A stretch of DNA of 58,835 nucleotides from Chromera velia. Its lineage: Eukaryota. Numbering within the stretch: the first letter of the stretch is position 1; every line of letters starts with the position of its first letter. The position numbers and the translations under genes were made by a program. Location of the stretch: contig JAHBMJ010000038.1 of NCBI GenBank assembly GCA_018398765.1, positions 1-58,835 of the forward strand, given 5' to 3'. Shown here in pieces: positions 25,591 to 38,489 of the stretch. The notes beneath the pieces were generated by a model. It saw nothing but the letters and a program-made list of their open reading frames with translations. It was not told the DNA's origin and made no database searches.

Positions 25591-27372
25591 TCAAAAGGCA
25601 AACACCCATATGAGACAAAAGAGAAGCCAGAAGATCACAGGAGGTCCCCAGGTCATCGGAACCCCCCGTGTGCCCACATACTCGCCCTCCAACAGAAGGG
25701 CCAGACCCACAGAGACCATGTTCCACTTCCGTTGTCTGCATCGTGCCTCGTTCAACGCATGCGCCACATGGTGGTGGCAGTTGTTGCAGCAGATGTTATG
25801 CATCGTTGCCCCATATTTCGAGTCCGCGCTCTGTATGGCGTTGTCCCACTGGTGGCTCGGCACCGTCTCCGTGGTCCCCCTGGTAGTCTTCTGGAGGGAC
25901 ACGAATTTGGTGGGACGACTGAAGGTCATCTCGCCCACAGAAATCGTGTAGGGACCCGCAAAGTCATGGATCACACCTTCCGAGGTACAGATACCCGTCT
26001 GCATGCAGTGACAAACAATTGATTAGTCGATCACCATTCCATCCAAGCACACGCACACGTATTCGCAGGTGCGAGCAGTTTGACTCGCTCACCCACTCAC
26101 TGCATGTCTCTGCTTTCCCTGACCCCCTCACTAATTCACGACTAACTCACTCGCTCAGTTCTCCATACTTTCTCATTCAGTCCATCATTGGCTGGCGCCG
26201 CTCCCTCAATCACTTACTCACTCCTCGTGCACCCCGTTCGATCATTCTCAGTGCGATTCCTCTCTCTCTCACGCCTCCTCACTTCCTGGCTTCCTTGTTG
26301 TGTGTCGCTGCGTTGCATTTTTTGTGGCAGGTTTGCCAGAAGAAGTTACTCGGCCTACGTTGTGCGGGATTCTGAGTGCCTGTCTACCTGTCTGTCTGTC
26401 TCGCTCTCTCGATGTCGTGATGGATGCCCGTTCGTCCGTCCAGGCGTCATTCTTAGCATGGGTGGGTGTTTTTGCAGGATGTCTTTCTTTCTTTCTTTCT
26501 TTCTTTCGTTCTCACTGCCCCCGCCTCTCCGCCCTCTCCCTCTTTGTTTAAAGGCCAGAAAAAGAGAAACGAACGGAAGCCGAATTATTGTCTGAAGCTC
26601 AGGGAGAGTCGAAATTGAGAAGCAAGGGAATGAAACGGGGACGGAGTCTCCGAGGGAAAACAGGACGGGAAGAAAGCAATGCATGCATGTGCCATAGAGA
26701 GATAGATGCATGGGATGTATCCTACAGAGGTGAGGACTCGAATGGGCTGAAGGAAATGCAAGAATGATTTTTTTCGTTCGCTCTGGCTGGAAGTCTGAGT
26801 CAAGCAAGCGACACAATTAGAGAGGCCCCTTCCTCCTTCCTCCTTTTGTTCTCCATCCCTTTATTTGCTTCAGTCTTCTCCCTCATTCCTCCTCTTCCAC
26901 ACAAACAAATCAAATGACGTACTCACACCTAGACTGACTGACTGACTGACGTACATGGCCAATGAAAGGGAAGATCCAGGACACCATGGGAAGAGGGGTC
27001 CACACGATGCTGCAGGCAGGCAGGCAGGCAGGGGGATTTTTCAAGGCAATTAAGTTAATAGTCTGAAAGAAAATGATAAGAGGAAGCCTGTAGCATGAGA
27101 GACAGAGACATCGCCTTGAAACAAAAGCACCGCACGTCGGGTCCTCCCATGTTCGTGGCACTTGGGTCCCTCCGTCAAAGATTCACTCATCTAGCTCCTT
27201 CATGAAAAGATCAACCATACAGGCCATATGACTTCTCTCTTTTTTTGCCCCGACAGACTGTATGTCTGTTTTCCCCCGACAGACAGACAGACTATATCGT
27301 CTTTTTTTCAGACAGACAGACAGACAGACTATATGTTTCTTCTTCTTCTCCCTCTTTTTCTTCATGAACACC

Positions 27373-27406
<34 letters not shown>

Positions 27407-27590
27407 TATATGTTTCTTCTCCTTCTCCCTCCTTTTCTTCAGACAGACAGACAGACAGACAGAAGGACAGACAGACAGACTATATGGTTCTTCTTCTTCT
27501 TCTCCCTCTTTTTCTTCGTGAACACAACAGACAAAAAGAAAGAAAGAAAGAACAAAGACAAAAGAACAGCACCAACAATCAAACAGCATG

Positions 27591-27630
<40 letters not shown>

Positions 27631-28591
27631 GCGACAGACAGACAGACAGACAGACACACAAACAAGCAGACACAGACAGACAGACACAGACGAACAAACA
27701 GAGCCTTGCTTTCATTGTCTTCTGTTTTCTTCTTTTCTTTTGGCGCGCTCTCAGTGGAAGGGTACCAGGGCTCCAGGCCTTGAGTCGTACCCTGCGGCCC
27801 TTCACTGCCCATTGCAGGGTTGCCCTCTTGCAGTTCCATATTCTTTCCATCTGAACGAGTTCGTTTCTTTTCATTTCCTTTCGCATAGGGACCTTCACAA
27901 GGAGTTTGTCTTCAGCATTCGCCACTTCCTTCTTCTGGGGTTCCCTTTATATTTTGATTTCTTCTTCTGGGGTTCCCTTTTTCGAGTCGGCACTCAAATG
28001 AGCAAAATCCCTCTCTACTAGTTGGATATCTTCTTTTGACCGCCCGTCACACAGACAGACAGACAGACAGACAGACAGACTATATGTTTCTTCTTCTTCT
28101 CCCTCCTTTTCTTCATGAACACAGCAGACAGACAGACAGACTATATGTTTCTTCTTCTCCCTTCTTTTCTTCACAGACAGACAGACAGACAGACAGACAG
28201 ATGGGTGAGGGGAAAAGAAATAAGAGTAGGAAAGGGAACAGGAAGACTGCGACAGGCAAGGAGAGTTGATCAAAGAATGGCTGATATCAACCCCGATGGA
28301 TTCCAAATTCAACATTGAACGAGCCTGCTTCTGGTCGCACCAGCAGAATACGAAGGGACTGTGCGCCCAACCGTCTCCTCTCTCCTTTCCCCCACTAAAA
28401 AACCATGCACGTATCAAGAGAGCAGAGACTGACCAGTACGGGAACAGATCGTTGTCCGTGTCTATCGGAGCAAGGCCCAAATGATCCCCCCCCGAAGGCG
28501 CCCCCTCGAGGTCAAATTCCTCTAGGGACCCTGAGCCCCCCGTGACCGTCTCCTTCTCGTCCTTCGAGGCATTCTTCTGGTGGTCAAGCAT
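25591..28591 (-). CDS. TMEM222: TMEM222/RTE1-like (DUF778) membrane protein, ~206 aa, 3 exons
   Basis: Exons 28591-28434, 27009-26955 and 25998-25591 join in frame. Hallmark motifs FPYCIVWTPLP..SW..PFIGH.GICTSEGVIHDFAGPY and HN.CCNNCH.HVA.ALN, plus C-terminal TM segments. Confidence 0.92.
27250..28200. repeat. Compound (GACA)n + ctatatgtttcttcttcttctccctc..cttcatgaacac repeat array
   Basis: The unit recurs several times in 27250-27700 and 28050-28200, with inverted copies at 30650-31050. Confidence 0.8.
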
Positions 28592-28758
28592 CTCTCTGTC
28601 TGCCCCTGTCTGGAAATATATATTTTTGCCTCTACAAATTGCTATGTGACCTGCCTTCAGGTTGCATTTGCAGCAATTCTTCTCCGCTTCGTCCTTACAC
28701 GGAAAGCTTCTGGAGATTTCCCAGCGACTCCCACACCAGCCACTTCAACTTGAAACGA

Positions 28759-28793
<35 letters not shown>

Positions 28794-29488
28794 GAAGGCA
28801 ATGGTAATGCGGGGAGACCTTCGCCCGCTTTTCCCCTGAACTGTCAGATCGAAAGGGGAGCGCCAAGAACGACAGAGCAGGAAAAGAAGATCGAATGAAC
28901 GGCCCGATGTGCGATGATCGAGGCCCCAGACCCCCGTCTACACAGATATGTGCCCTGAACGATATCTTCCAGTGACTCCTTTTCGGTTTAAGGTTTCTTG
29001 CTTGCCGTCGGCATCAGGACAGATGAGAAAACGAATCATAAGGGAACTTCGGGATTGATTTCTCATGATTTTTTTCAGTCGACCATTGTCAGTCAGATTT
29101 CCCTCAGTGGGATCCTGGCAATTCCTGGCAGCGTTGAAATTATCTCCAGCAACAGCTGAACAATGCTGAACATCCGTCTACATCAAGCAGCCATTCAAGC
29201 TGGCATGCCGTCTCCAAGCTCACTTTCAGACCATCTCCGCCGTCTCGTCTCTTTCGGTCGACACAGACTTTTTCTAACAGACGCGGACAGCCAGGGAGCC
29301 GTGATTTCAGACTAATCGAGACAGACACCGTGTATATAGAAGAATGGCAGCGACTTCAATGGCTTTCCATTTGTGACACAGACACAGAAATTGAACAGAC
29401 GATTCGGAAAAACCCGAGCCCCTCGACTCAATTTCCTTCCGTTTCTTTCTCCGTTTCCAGTTTTCTTTCAGTGACAGCGAAACTCTCC

Positions 29489-30418
29489 ATGAGTGCTCCC
29501 ATCATCGGACTCCGTTCTGCACGCCGTCTCTATTTGTCAGCTTCCTTGAGGCCTGTGCCCTCCCTTCCTTCCTGCCGTGTGCCAGTCCACACTGTCAACA
29601 CAACTCTGTCCGTAGAGCAGTTCAGATCCTCAAAGGTGCACCGGAAAGTCCTTGCGGGCAGGACTCCTTCTGCCGGCTCCTTTGTTTCCTCCACGTGGAG
29701 GCGCGGTCTCTCTTCCGCTTCCGCAGCTGTAGCAGCTGAGGAGCCCACGGACATTCTAGCGAACGAGGCTGTGGTGTTTGAGAGGGTACGGGTGATCGAC
29801 GAGAAGGGATTTGTGGGGGACATGAGTTCGCAGGATGCGAGAGAACTCGCACGGAATCGTCAGACGGATTTGGTCGTTCTCAAAGCCATGGCAGATCCCC
29901 CTGTGTGCAAGTTGACGTCGTTGGACGCACACATACAGGAGACAGAGGCCCGACTGCGACAACGGCACCAGCAAGCAGCGAAGAGCCTAGAGGGCCAGTT
30001 CGCGTTCGACCCTGGTCTGAAGGTGAAGGGGGTGCGGATATCCGGTACTGCGGAGGAGAACGACCTCGTGAGGAAGATGAAGCAGGCCCGGAACTTTCTC
30101 GTGAAGGGCCATCGTGTGGATATACAGTTGACAAGGGGCGGGGGGACGCCTGCCATGGCCATAGAGAGGGCACAGCGTGTGTTCTCGGAGTTGAGGGACA
30201 TCAGCAAGCCCATCAATTTGCCCCTCTCTCCCGAGCAGTTTGCACACGCCACGACGATCATCAAGTTCTGGCCCTGTACGCCTGAGCAGGCCGCCTCCTT
30301 CACGTTGAAAGAGGTGGTGCGGTACACGGGCAAGAAGGACACGGGAGCGATCGAGAAAGCAGCAGCAGTGAGAAAGGACACACTGAAAAGTGGGGGGAAA
30401 AGGAAGGGGTTCAAATAG
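29489..30418 (+). CDS. infC: Organellar (probably mitochondrial) translation initiation factor IF-3, intronless, 309 aa
   Basis: The Arg/Ser-rich, acid-poor N-terminus resembles a presequence. IF3-N motif NE.....VRVIDE.G..G......A...A.....DLV.......PPVCKL and IF3-C motif KVKGVRI......DL.RK.KQARNFL.KGHRV are present. Confidence 0.9.
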   Translation: MSAPIIGLRSARRLYLSASLRPVPSLPSCRVPVHTVNTTLSVEQFRSSKVHRKVLAGRTPSAGSFVSSTWRRGLSSASAAVAAEEPTDILANEAVVFERVRVIDEKGFVGDMSSQDARELARNRQTDLVVLKAMADPPVCKLTSLDAHIQETEARLRQRHQQAAKSLEGQFAFDPGLKVKGVRISGTAEENDLVRKMKQARNFLVKGHRVDIQLTRGGGTPAMAIERAQRVFSELRDISKPINLPLSPEQFAHATTIIKFWPCTPEQAASFTLKEVVRYTGKKDTGAIEKAAAVRKDTLKSGGKRKGFK

Positions 30419-30499
30419 ACCGGGAAAAATGACGAGTGTTGACGAATGCATGACGTCCAAAGCGATGCATCAGCCTGCAAATACGCGAGGGGACTCCCT

Positions 30500-30747
30500 G
30501 TCGCACTGTCTGCCTGTCTGTCTGTCTATCTGTCTGCCTGTCTATCTTTCTTTCTGTCTTTCTTTCTTTCTTTCTATCTATCTATCTATCCATCTATCTA
30601 TCTGCCTGTCTGCCTGCCTGTCTGCCCGCCTGCTTGCCTGCTTGCCTGCCTGCCTGTCTGTCTGTCTGTCTGTCTGTCTGTCAAAAGAAGAAAGAAAAAA
30701 CCAGAAGAGAATGAAGAAGGAGAAAAAGGAAAAGAAAAGACGATATA

Positions 30748-30786
<39 letters not shown>

Positions 30787-31148
30787 ATATAGTCTCTCTG
30801 TCTGTTCATGAAGAAAAGAAGGGAGAAGAAGAAACATATAGTCTGTTTGCCTGTATCTATCTATCTATCTATCTATCTATCTCTCCGTCTGTCTGTGTGT
30901 CTGTCTGTCACCTTTCGGGCCCCCTGCCGCCTTTGTCTGAGTTGTCGTGATGTTCTTTTGTCTTTGTTGCTTTCTTTCTTTTTGTCTTTTGTGTTCATGA
31001 AGAAAAGGAGGGAGAAGAAGGAGAAACATATAGTCTGTCTGTATTTCTGAAAAAGGGAAAGAAAAGACAATATACTTTGTCTGTCTATCAATCAGTCTGT
31101 CAGAAGAGACAAATAGTCTGTCTGCCTGTCTATCTATCTGCCTTTTTG

Positions 31149-31187
<39 letters not shown>

Positions 31188-31225
31188 GCCTGTCTATCTG
31201 TTTTTTTGTCTTTCTTTCTTTCTTT
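30500..31225. repeat. Microsatellite/compound repeat block (CTGT, CTAT, CTTT)
   Basis: Visible; includes inverted copies of the TMEM222-intron unit. Confidence 0.85.
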
Positions 31226-32230
31226 GGCTAATAGCGCTAGATAAAACCTCCTAGTACCTCATAGGTCGTTCATAACATAGGTGGTCTAAATGTCCGGTTT
31301 GGAGAGGTACCCTTCAAAAAGCTACGTACGATGTTCATAGACGTTTTGAAAACTGTTTTGAGATATTCAAATCTCCGGACGTTTATAATTTTTCTAGTAA
31401 TTTTTTGAAAAGATGGAATAACTTTAAAGAAACTTTGAAACCTAAAAACGTAATCAACACGTTTTAATTGTTTAGTTAACAACACTAGATGAAGCTTTTT
31501 ATTAACTCGTAGAATCTGATTGTTTGTAACGTGCAGGTATTCAAAATGTCGATCCTGTTTGAAGCTCCAAACGCGTATTTTGAAGATTGATTGATTGATC
31601 TCCATGGCTCCAAACCATCTCCATGACATACCATGATATTACAGCATATGTCAAGGGTATACGGAGAGAGAACTGAGCCCTCCCGGGCCCCCAAAAAATA
31701 AAAAATGTGTTATGCGATCGAGTGTGTACAATCTCAAAGCTTTGAGTAGCTTTGGGGGGGAATCGCAATTCCTAGCGCAATTCATAAACCGCACTCATAT
31801 GGACTCAGAACCCAACCGATTTGTTAATACTAATTTTGGGATCAGTACAAATGGATCATTAAAAGTTTCTAGAAGTGGTTTTAAACATACATTGGAATGG
31901 GGTTAGGGGTGTTTTGGAAAACCCCCCTGACACTCGAGTAAACTTAAAACGCTGCGCCGTAGGCGCGGCCAGACTTGAAACGCCCGCGCCGCATGCGCGG
32001 CTTAACTTGAAGGTACCGCGCTAAAGGCGCGGCCAAAATAAAGTACACTTGAAATTTTTTATAGAAGGCGCAGACACACTATGAGCGCGCGCGGGGGTCA
32101 TGCCCCGTGGCATGCCGCGTGCCGGGTGGCATAGCTTATGCCACCCGAAGACTGGAGGCATAGCCAATGCCTAGAAGGACTGTCCTTTGTTTCTGAGGCA
32201 TAGCTCATTAGTCCATTAACAGAGTCTTTT

Positions 32231-34968
32231 ATGGCAACAAACCTTTTCATTGGTTTACCAAGGACCTATGCCTTACTTTTTTTGTGTCCGGGCGTGTCCA
32301 GTAGACCGAGTTTGAAGACTATGGCTCATTATGAGTGGTGCAACCGCAACCTTGCGGATAAGAAGAGTCTCAAGAAGCACCAAAAAGGTTGTCAGGTATA
32401 CCTTTCGGCTCTTATATACTTTGAGCGCACAGGAGAATGGATTTCTGCTCCATTTAGAATCCCCCCAGCTTGGGATCGGGTTTATCTGGATGAGCGAAAG
32501 GAGCTGTACAGCGTCTCTGAGTATGTTGAGAACCTCCGTACCGATATTCTCCAAAAAATGAAGTACGTTGATCTCGTTTCCTTTGGGCAGGAGGCATCGT
32601 TTGCTGAAGATCTCAACAGATTGAAAGCAGCACTGCAAAAGCTGTCCGCTGATGAGCCGCTTTTCCCATCATACCTGGAAGGTGACAGACATGCTGTGAA
32701 ACGTTATGCAGAGTCGACGGACGACCTCAACGACAGGTTCATTCAGAAGCGCATGAAGAAGCTCCCTTGCGGCATCTTTGTTTTGGATCTGGAACAGATA
32801 CTCTGAGACCTTCTGCGTCTTCTAGAAGTGAAGGAGGTCAGCACAGGCAGCGTCGCTTGTATAGAGACGCCCAGTATCTCCTGTTCGTTCTATCCCCGAG
32901 TCTCTCTCTATCTCCAGCTCTGAGTTTGCATGTGACCACTCAATTTCTGCCTGTCCGTTCCTTCATGCTGCAGGAATGGAAAGCGGCCCCTCTTGTAGAC
33001 CCTGAAGAAGAACTGCCGGATGAGATGAAGTCAATATTTGATGGGGACGTTTACAGAACTCACCCTCTGGTGATCGAATGGTCCACCGGTCGGCGGTGTC
33101 CCGACAGACGCAAGTGGAGTGCTGCTGTTGTTGCAGAAGAGTGGGAGCGGGAGAACAGCGGACGGGCAGAGGCAAGGGTCCAACAGGAAGAGGGCATTGG
33201 GGAAGAAGAGGATGAAGGAGAAGAAGAAGATCCGTTCTCTTTTGGCGGGGACGACTCAGACTGGGCCTGGTTTAATCCAGACGATGATGGGGCCTCACCA
33301 AGTGCCTCGGCCCAGGCCTTGCCAAGAGGGAGCCTGGAATCTCAGCTCGATGCTGAGTTGTTACAACAGGTAGCGGAAGGAAGGGTACTCGAAGAAAAGT
33401 AGGTTTTTTTCGGGATGGCAAATGATGATGCGACTCTGCAAGACCCTCTAAAAACCAATGCGACGAAGTCACTCCAGTGGGAGATCTACTGTCTGAACTT
33501 AATGGGGTCCATACGCTAGGGTTTGATGTTCCTGTACTGTGCGGTTACCCTTGGACAGCTGGCCCAGGCGGGAAAGACCATTGAGGGGGGAGTCGATCAG
33601 ATTGCCGCAGATTTGGTTTCTTTTTTCAGAAAGCTTTCCGGTGGCATCCCCATGAGAACTGTATGGGGAGAGAGGATGGTGAAAGGCACCCTGCTTGCAG
33701 GAGTATTTGACATTCCTGCATTGTCGCCCTCCACGGGTTTTCTGGACATATCAAGTGCAATCAAATGTTATCACCTGTGCAACTTTTTGAAGAGAATGCT
33801 GCAGAATCCGATTCAGTGCAATCAGTGCAATCGTGTTACGGCAGGGGATTTTGAAGCACGTGTACGAAGGTGCAAGAAAATGGTGGAAGAAGAGCAGAAC
33901 CAGACCGCAAGAATGAATGAAGCAAAGAGAACTGGGGTGAAGAGGGAGACTCTTTGGTCTTCTCTTCTTGAATTCACTGGGGTACATTTCCTTGTACTTT
34001 TCCTTATTGATTTGATGTACCTCTCTCTTGAGGGTGTTGTCCGTTTTCACATCTTCTGCATCATGCGATGGTTTGTGGACAACAGCTTGTCGAACATAAA
34101 GAGAGTGAAGAAGGGGGCGGATGGATAGGAGGTCCTTCCAAAGGGGCCAAGTCTATCTGTGAACACTTGGCTGGGGCAGGTGAAGTATACTTACTGCGAT
34201 GCCACTTTTGTCTTGAACGAAGTCACTGAGAACATGATCGACAGGAAGAAAGCATCTTTCACGACCACTACGTCAAAGATGCTCCATTTTTTCCCAGTTT
34301 TTTTGGCTCTGCTTCATGAAGCGATGCCCCCCAAGAGCGCCCCCATTCACAGAGAGGCAAAGCGCTACCTTGATTGTTACGAAGCCCATTGTCAAATTAT
34401 GGTCTTTCTTTTCAGAGAGACCGTGCGTCGCTCTTGGCTCGATTGGCTGGGCAAGCTGATCAACGCTTTTTTTGCTTTGTTTTTTTCTTTGTACTCTCTT
34501 GGGGAGAAGCCGAAGCTGCATGGGTATACTCATTTGCCTTTCTTGCTTCGTTGGTTTGGTCCACTGCGTCAGATTTGGAATTTCGCGACTGAGGGAATGC
34601 ATCAATTTCCAAAGGGGTTTGTCTAAAAGGGGGGCTCAAACCGAGCCAACATAAATAAGCAATCGATGATTAGTTGGCTATATACCTGGTTGATCTACCT
34701 TTATCGAAGAGAAGGAGGGAGAGGGAGAGAGGGTAAACAAGAGAACCTTGAAGGACGGATTGTTCGTTTTGATTCGTCCTACTGGAATGTGATTAGGGAA
34801 ACAGACAAAACAGCAGATCTTCTTTTCGTTCGTCACGAAGAACTGTGTCATTTTTCTCCGGTTTTTCTTGGTTATGAAGAATGCAATAAAACACGTCATG
34901 CAGTCTTGCGGACTAAGTGTGAGGAAGTGTCTTTCTTAAAGTTAAAGAAGCATTCAAATGGAATATGA
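32231..34968 (+). pseudogene. CMC/EnSpm-type DDE transposase with in-frame stops and frameshifts
   Basis: Motifs in order: N-terminal Zn-finger-like (C......K.L.KH...C), SIFDGDVYRTHPL, NDD...QDPL, FDIPA....GF......C...C, IDLMY..LEGV, KPKLH...H....RWFGPL...W....E..H. Stops at ~33517, 34126 and 34624. Confidence 0.88.
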
Positions 34969-35043
34969 ATTTTTCTTCGGCTCTATACTTTATAAATACT
35001 ATCACTGTAAATGCCTAAAATTAAGTTTCCAGTGATTTTGCTA

Positions 35044-35431
35044 CCATGGGCGACATAAGTTTTGTATACTCAATTTTTGACCTCTCTAGCGCCAATGAAA
35101 TATGACAAGAAGTAAACATTTATACAATTGAATTAGTAAGCTACAACGGTTTTAATCAGGTATTAATTAGGGGTTGTGGGAAGAATGTGTCTCAAATATA
35201 AGTAAACTTATTTTTTCTGAAGTGACCGATCGACCAAGCCTATAAAAAGTAAAACATAAATTTATAATTCAATCTAGTTTTACCAATTGAGGACCTATAA
35301 AGCCAATTACTTTAAAGTAATACTTTATGCTGTATCTACTTCTATTCTAGCCCGCTTGATCCAGTATTGACTTCAAAAACGAATCTTCGCTAACTCCATA
35401 AAAAAATATATAATACTTTTGTCGCCCATGG
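35044..35431. mobile_element. 388-bp MITE, copy 1 (TIR CCATGGGCGACA)
   Basis: ccatgggcgacataagt...acttttgtcgcccatgg, flanked TA/TG; near-identical to 35979-36366. Confidence 0.85.
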
Positions 35432-35978
35432 TGTTGATCGAGCAAACTTTCGACAAGAACATACAAAAGAACAAACAAAAAAATATAATAAAAATATAAT
35501 TATCAAGCGGTAAAAATTTGAAAGAAGACAATGTATGCTTTGTTTAATAGAAGTGATCTTTACTTGATTTATTGTAAGTCAAACTTTTGTTGTTCTGAAT
35601 TTTACTAACATATAGAAACTTAGTTTTTATTTTTTTGGGTTCAAATCATTATACAGTCGAACGCATCTACTCTTTCTTGTGACGAACAAAGTATATTAAA
35701 CCTTTTTATAATAGAGCTTTTCTGATAGTTTAGCTTCTCTAGTTTAAATGAGTGGATATAGGAAAAAAGTGATTTCACACTTTATTAGTATCAAAATGTT
35801 CTCTATAATCAAGAAGCCCTCTATGCAATCAACTAATTTCAAGAAAAACAAAACGTTCATAAAGAAATAAAACAAACAAGTGCCTATAGTAAATAGACTC
35901 CTAATGAGTTGAGTTTAATTCAACTTTGAATAAAATATGTGTTTCACAAAAAAAAAAGATCGACTTTTGGGGCCAATA

Positions 35979-36366
35979 CCATGGGCGACATAAGTTTTGT
36001 ATACTCAATTTTTGACCTCTTTAGCGCCAATGAAATATGACAAGAAGTAAACATTTATACAATTGAATTAGTAAGCTACAACGGTTTTAATCAGGTATTA
36101 ATTAGGGGTTGTGGGAAGAATGTGTCTCAAATATAAGTAAACTTATTTTTTCTGAAGTGACCGATCGACCAAGCCTATAAAAAGTAAGACATAAATTTAT
36201 GATTTAATTTAGTTTTGCCAATTGAGGACCTATAAAGCCAATTACTTTAAAGTAATACTTTATGCTGTATCTACTTTTATTCTAGCCCGCTTGATCCAGT
36301 GTCGACTTCAAAAACGAATCTTTGCTAACTCCATAAAAAAATATACAATACTTTTGTCGCCCATGG
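35979..36366. mobile_element. 388-bp MITE, copy 2 (TA TSD, Tc1/mariner-like)
   Basis: Same TIRs, TA on both sides, ~11 substitutions relative to copy 1. Confidence 0.85.
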
Positions 36367-36992
36367 TAGTGTATGAGATTTTCTATAACTAGTTTTCTAG
36401 AGATTTTGTTTGTGTTTCAAAATTATAAAATTAAGTCATTCTTGATTAATTAATCAATTAACTATATAGTTAGTTAATCTTTAATTCTTTGTGTATTGAT
36501 ACATCCCGTGTTGAATTTATTTCACCGACGTTTTTAAAAAATTCTACACTGTGATTCTAAGAAGAATCTCACATTAGTGATCGATGTTTCTAGTTATTTT
36601 CTAAAACATTAATCCTAGGCTACACTTAGTAGAAAAATTAATTAACTAATCAATCAATGGATCAATCAATCAATCAATCAAATTTTTAAAAAATAGGGTC
36701 GATTATAAACTATAAAATTTTTCTAGACATGCAAATTGAATTTTTTTAATAATTATTTTTTGGCAACTTGCATTAAATGAAAGGTTTATGCAGGTATGCA
36801 AGCCAACCGTTTTTGTGATGACCCAAAATGAAAAGCTCATGCAAAGGGCCAATAGATTTTATATATTTTTTTTTCTGTTTCCACAGGTTTTCAATTTTTT
36901 AGTTTTTTTGGGGGGGGTAAGGGGAGGTGGGGGGCAGGGCCCAGGGGGCGGGGGTGGGTGAGGGTGGGGGGGACGTTAGGAGGGGATGGAGT

Positions 36993-37645
36993 CTAGGTCT
37001 TCTGCAGGCCCTTCTGCGGGCTCTTTGATCTTGTCCTGTAGTCTGAAGTGATCTCCTGCCTGCGCTTCGAAGGGGAAGTTTTCTCTGCCTTTTCCTCTCT
37101 CTGTTTATCCGAAGGAGACTCAAGAAAACGGAGAAGACTGTAAGGGAGATACAAATTTAGAACCACCAAATCCTCTCCTTCTGACAGAGGTCGGCGCTTG
37201 ATTGGATTCCCCCCTGCCTTCCAACAGATGAACACCCTGTCTTCGCTCTTCTCAGAGGCTGTATACCCCTGTTCCCTGCCGATTTTTTTTGCTATTCCTG
37301 AAATCTCTGCAGTCATTTGAATCACGAACGGGCCTTTGAGTGCATAAATGACATCGGCGGTGAGGGGTTGGGGAATCCCCAGATAGGCAGCTTGTCCTTC
37401 TTCCCGTTTTTGTCGGTGTGAAGATACTTGTTGAAGTACCCTTCTTCTTCGGAGACAGGCCTGCAAAAAAAAAGTAGATCACAAGAAGAGACAATGAGAG
37501 AGATGAGAGAGAGACAGACATATACAGAAGCTTAGTGCGCACTAGCATAGTTAGACACTGAAGACAACTGACTATATACAGCTGTGTAGTCAGATTTGAA
37601 TCCATCTTCAAAGCGAGCAACTCAGTTGAAGTAAGCACACATACA

Positions 37646-37686
<41 letters not shown>

Positions 37687-37717
37687 ACACATACATATAC
37701 ACGCGCACACACACATG

Positions 37718-37769
<52 letters not shown>

Positions 37770-37834
37770 TACAACACACACTCACACATACACACACACA
37801 TACACACACACACATACACCACACACACACACAC

Positions 37835-37867
<33 letters not shown>

Positions 37868-37871
37868 CACA

Positions 37872-37915
<44 letters not shown>

Positions 37916-38454
37916 AAGGGAGGGAGGGAAGGAGGGGGAGAGAGAGAGAAAGAGAAGATTGACTGCCTCCCTTCAAGGGACCATCGGCAGAGAGAGAGAG
38001 AAAAGAGAGAGACGCGGCCTCTTCTGGGATGCCAAGCCCATCTACAACTGGGGGGGAGTCTTCCTCACCTGCAGAGAAATCCGATGGTCTTCGTAAACAC
38101 CTGCCTCGTCACCTCACGATCATAACTGCTGACACCCTGGCTGCCAAAGACGGCCTAAGCAGCCGTCGGAAACGCCACTTACCCCACCTCGACTGCCACC
38201 CTCCTCTCCAGCACTGCAGAGATGCCGTCTCGAATCTTTTTCGGCGTTCCATTCAGCAGTGCGCCTAAGAACACTGTCTCTGGCTTTAGTTCTATTCCCA
38301 GGGAAGACCCTTTCGGACAATCGACCTGCTGTTTCAGGTTGTAGATGATCTGCAGACATAAAGAACAAAGGTGTATGAATAAGTAAGTGAATGACAAGGT
38401 GAAGAAAGAGGAGAGAAATGAGAGAGAGAAAGAGAGAAAGACGGAGATAGAGAA

Positions 38455-38489
<35 letters not shown>

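Noticed and set aside
29860..30480. Antisense ORFs overlapping IF-3 and other exons
   Set aside because: These are shadow ORFs of GC-rich coding sequence with no independent motifs.
33400..34630. Stop-codon reassignment or readthrough explaining TAG/TAA in the transposase
   Set aside because: Host genes end normally in TAA, TAG or TGA, and the transposase also has frameshifts, so it is a pseudogene.
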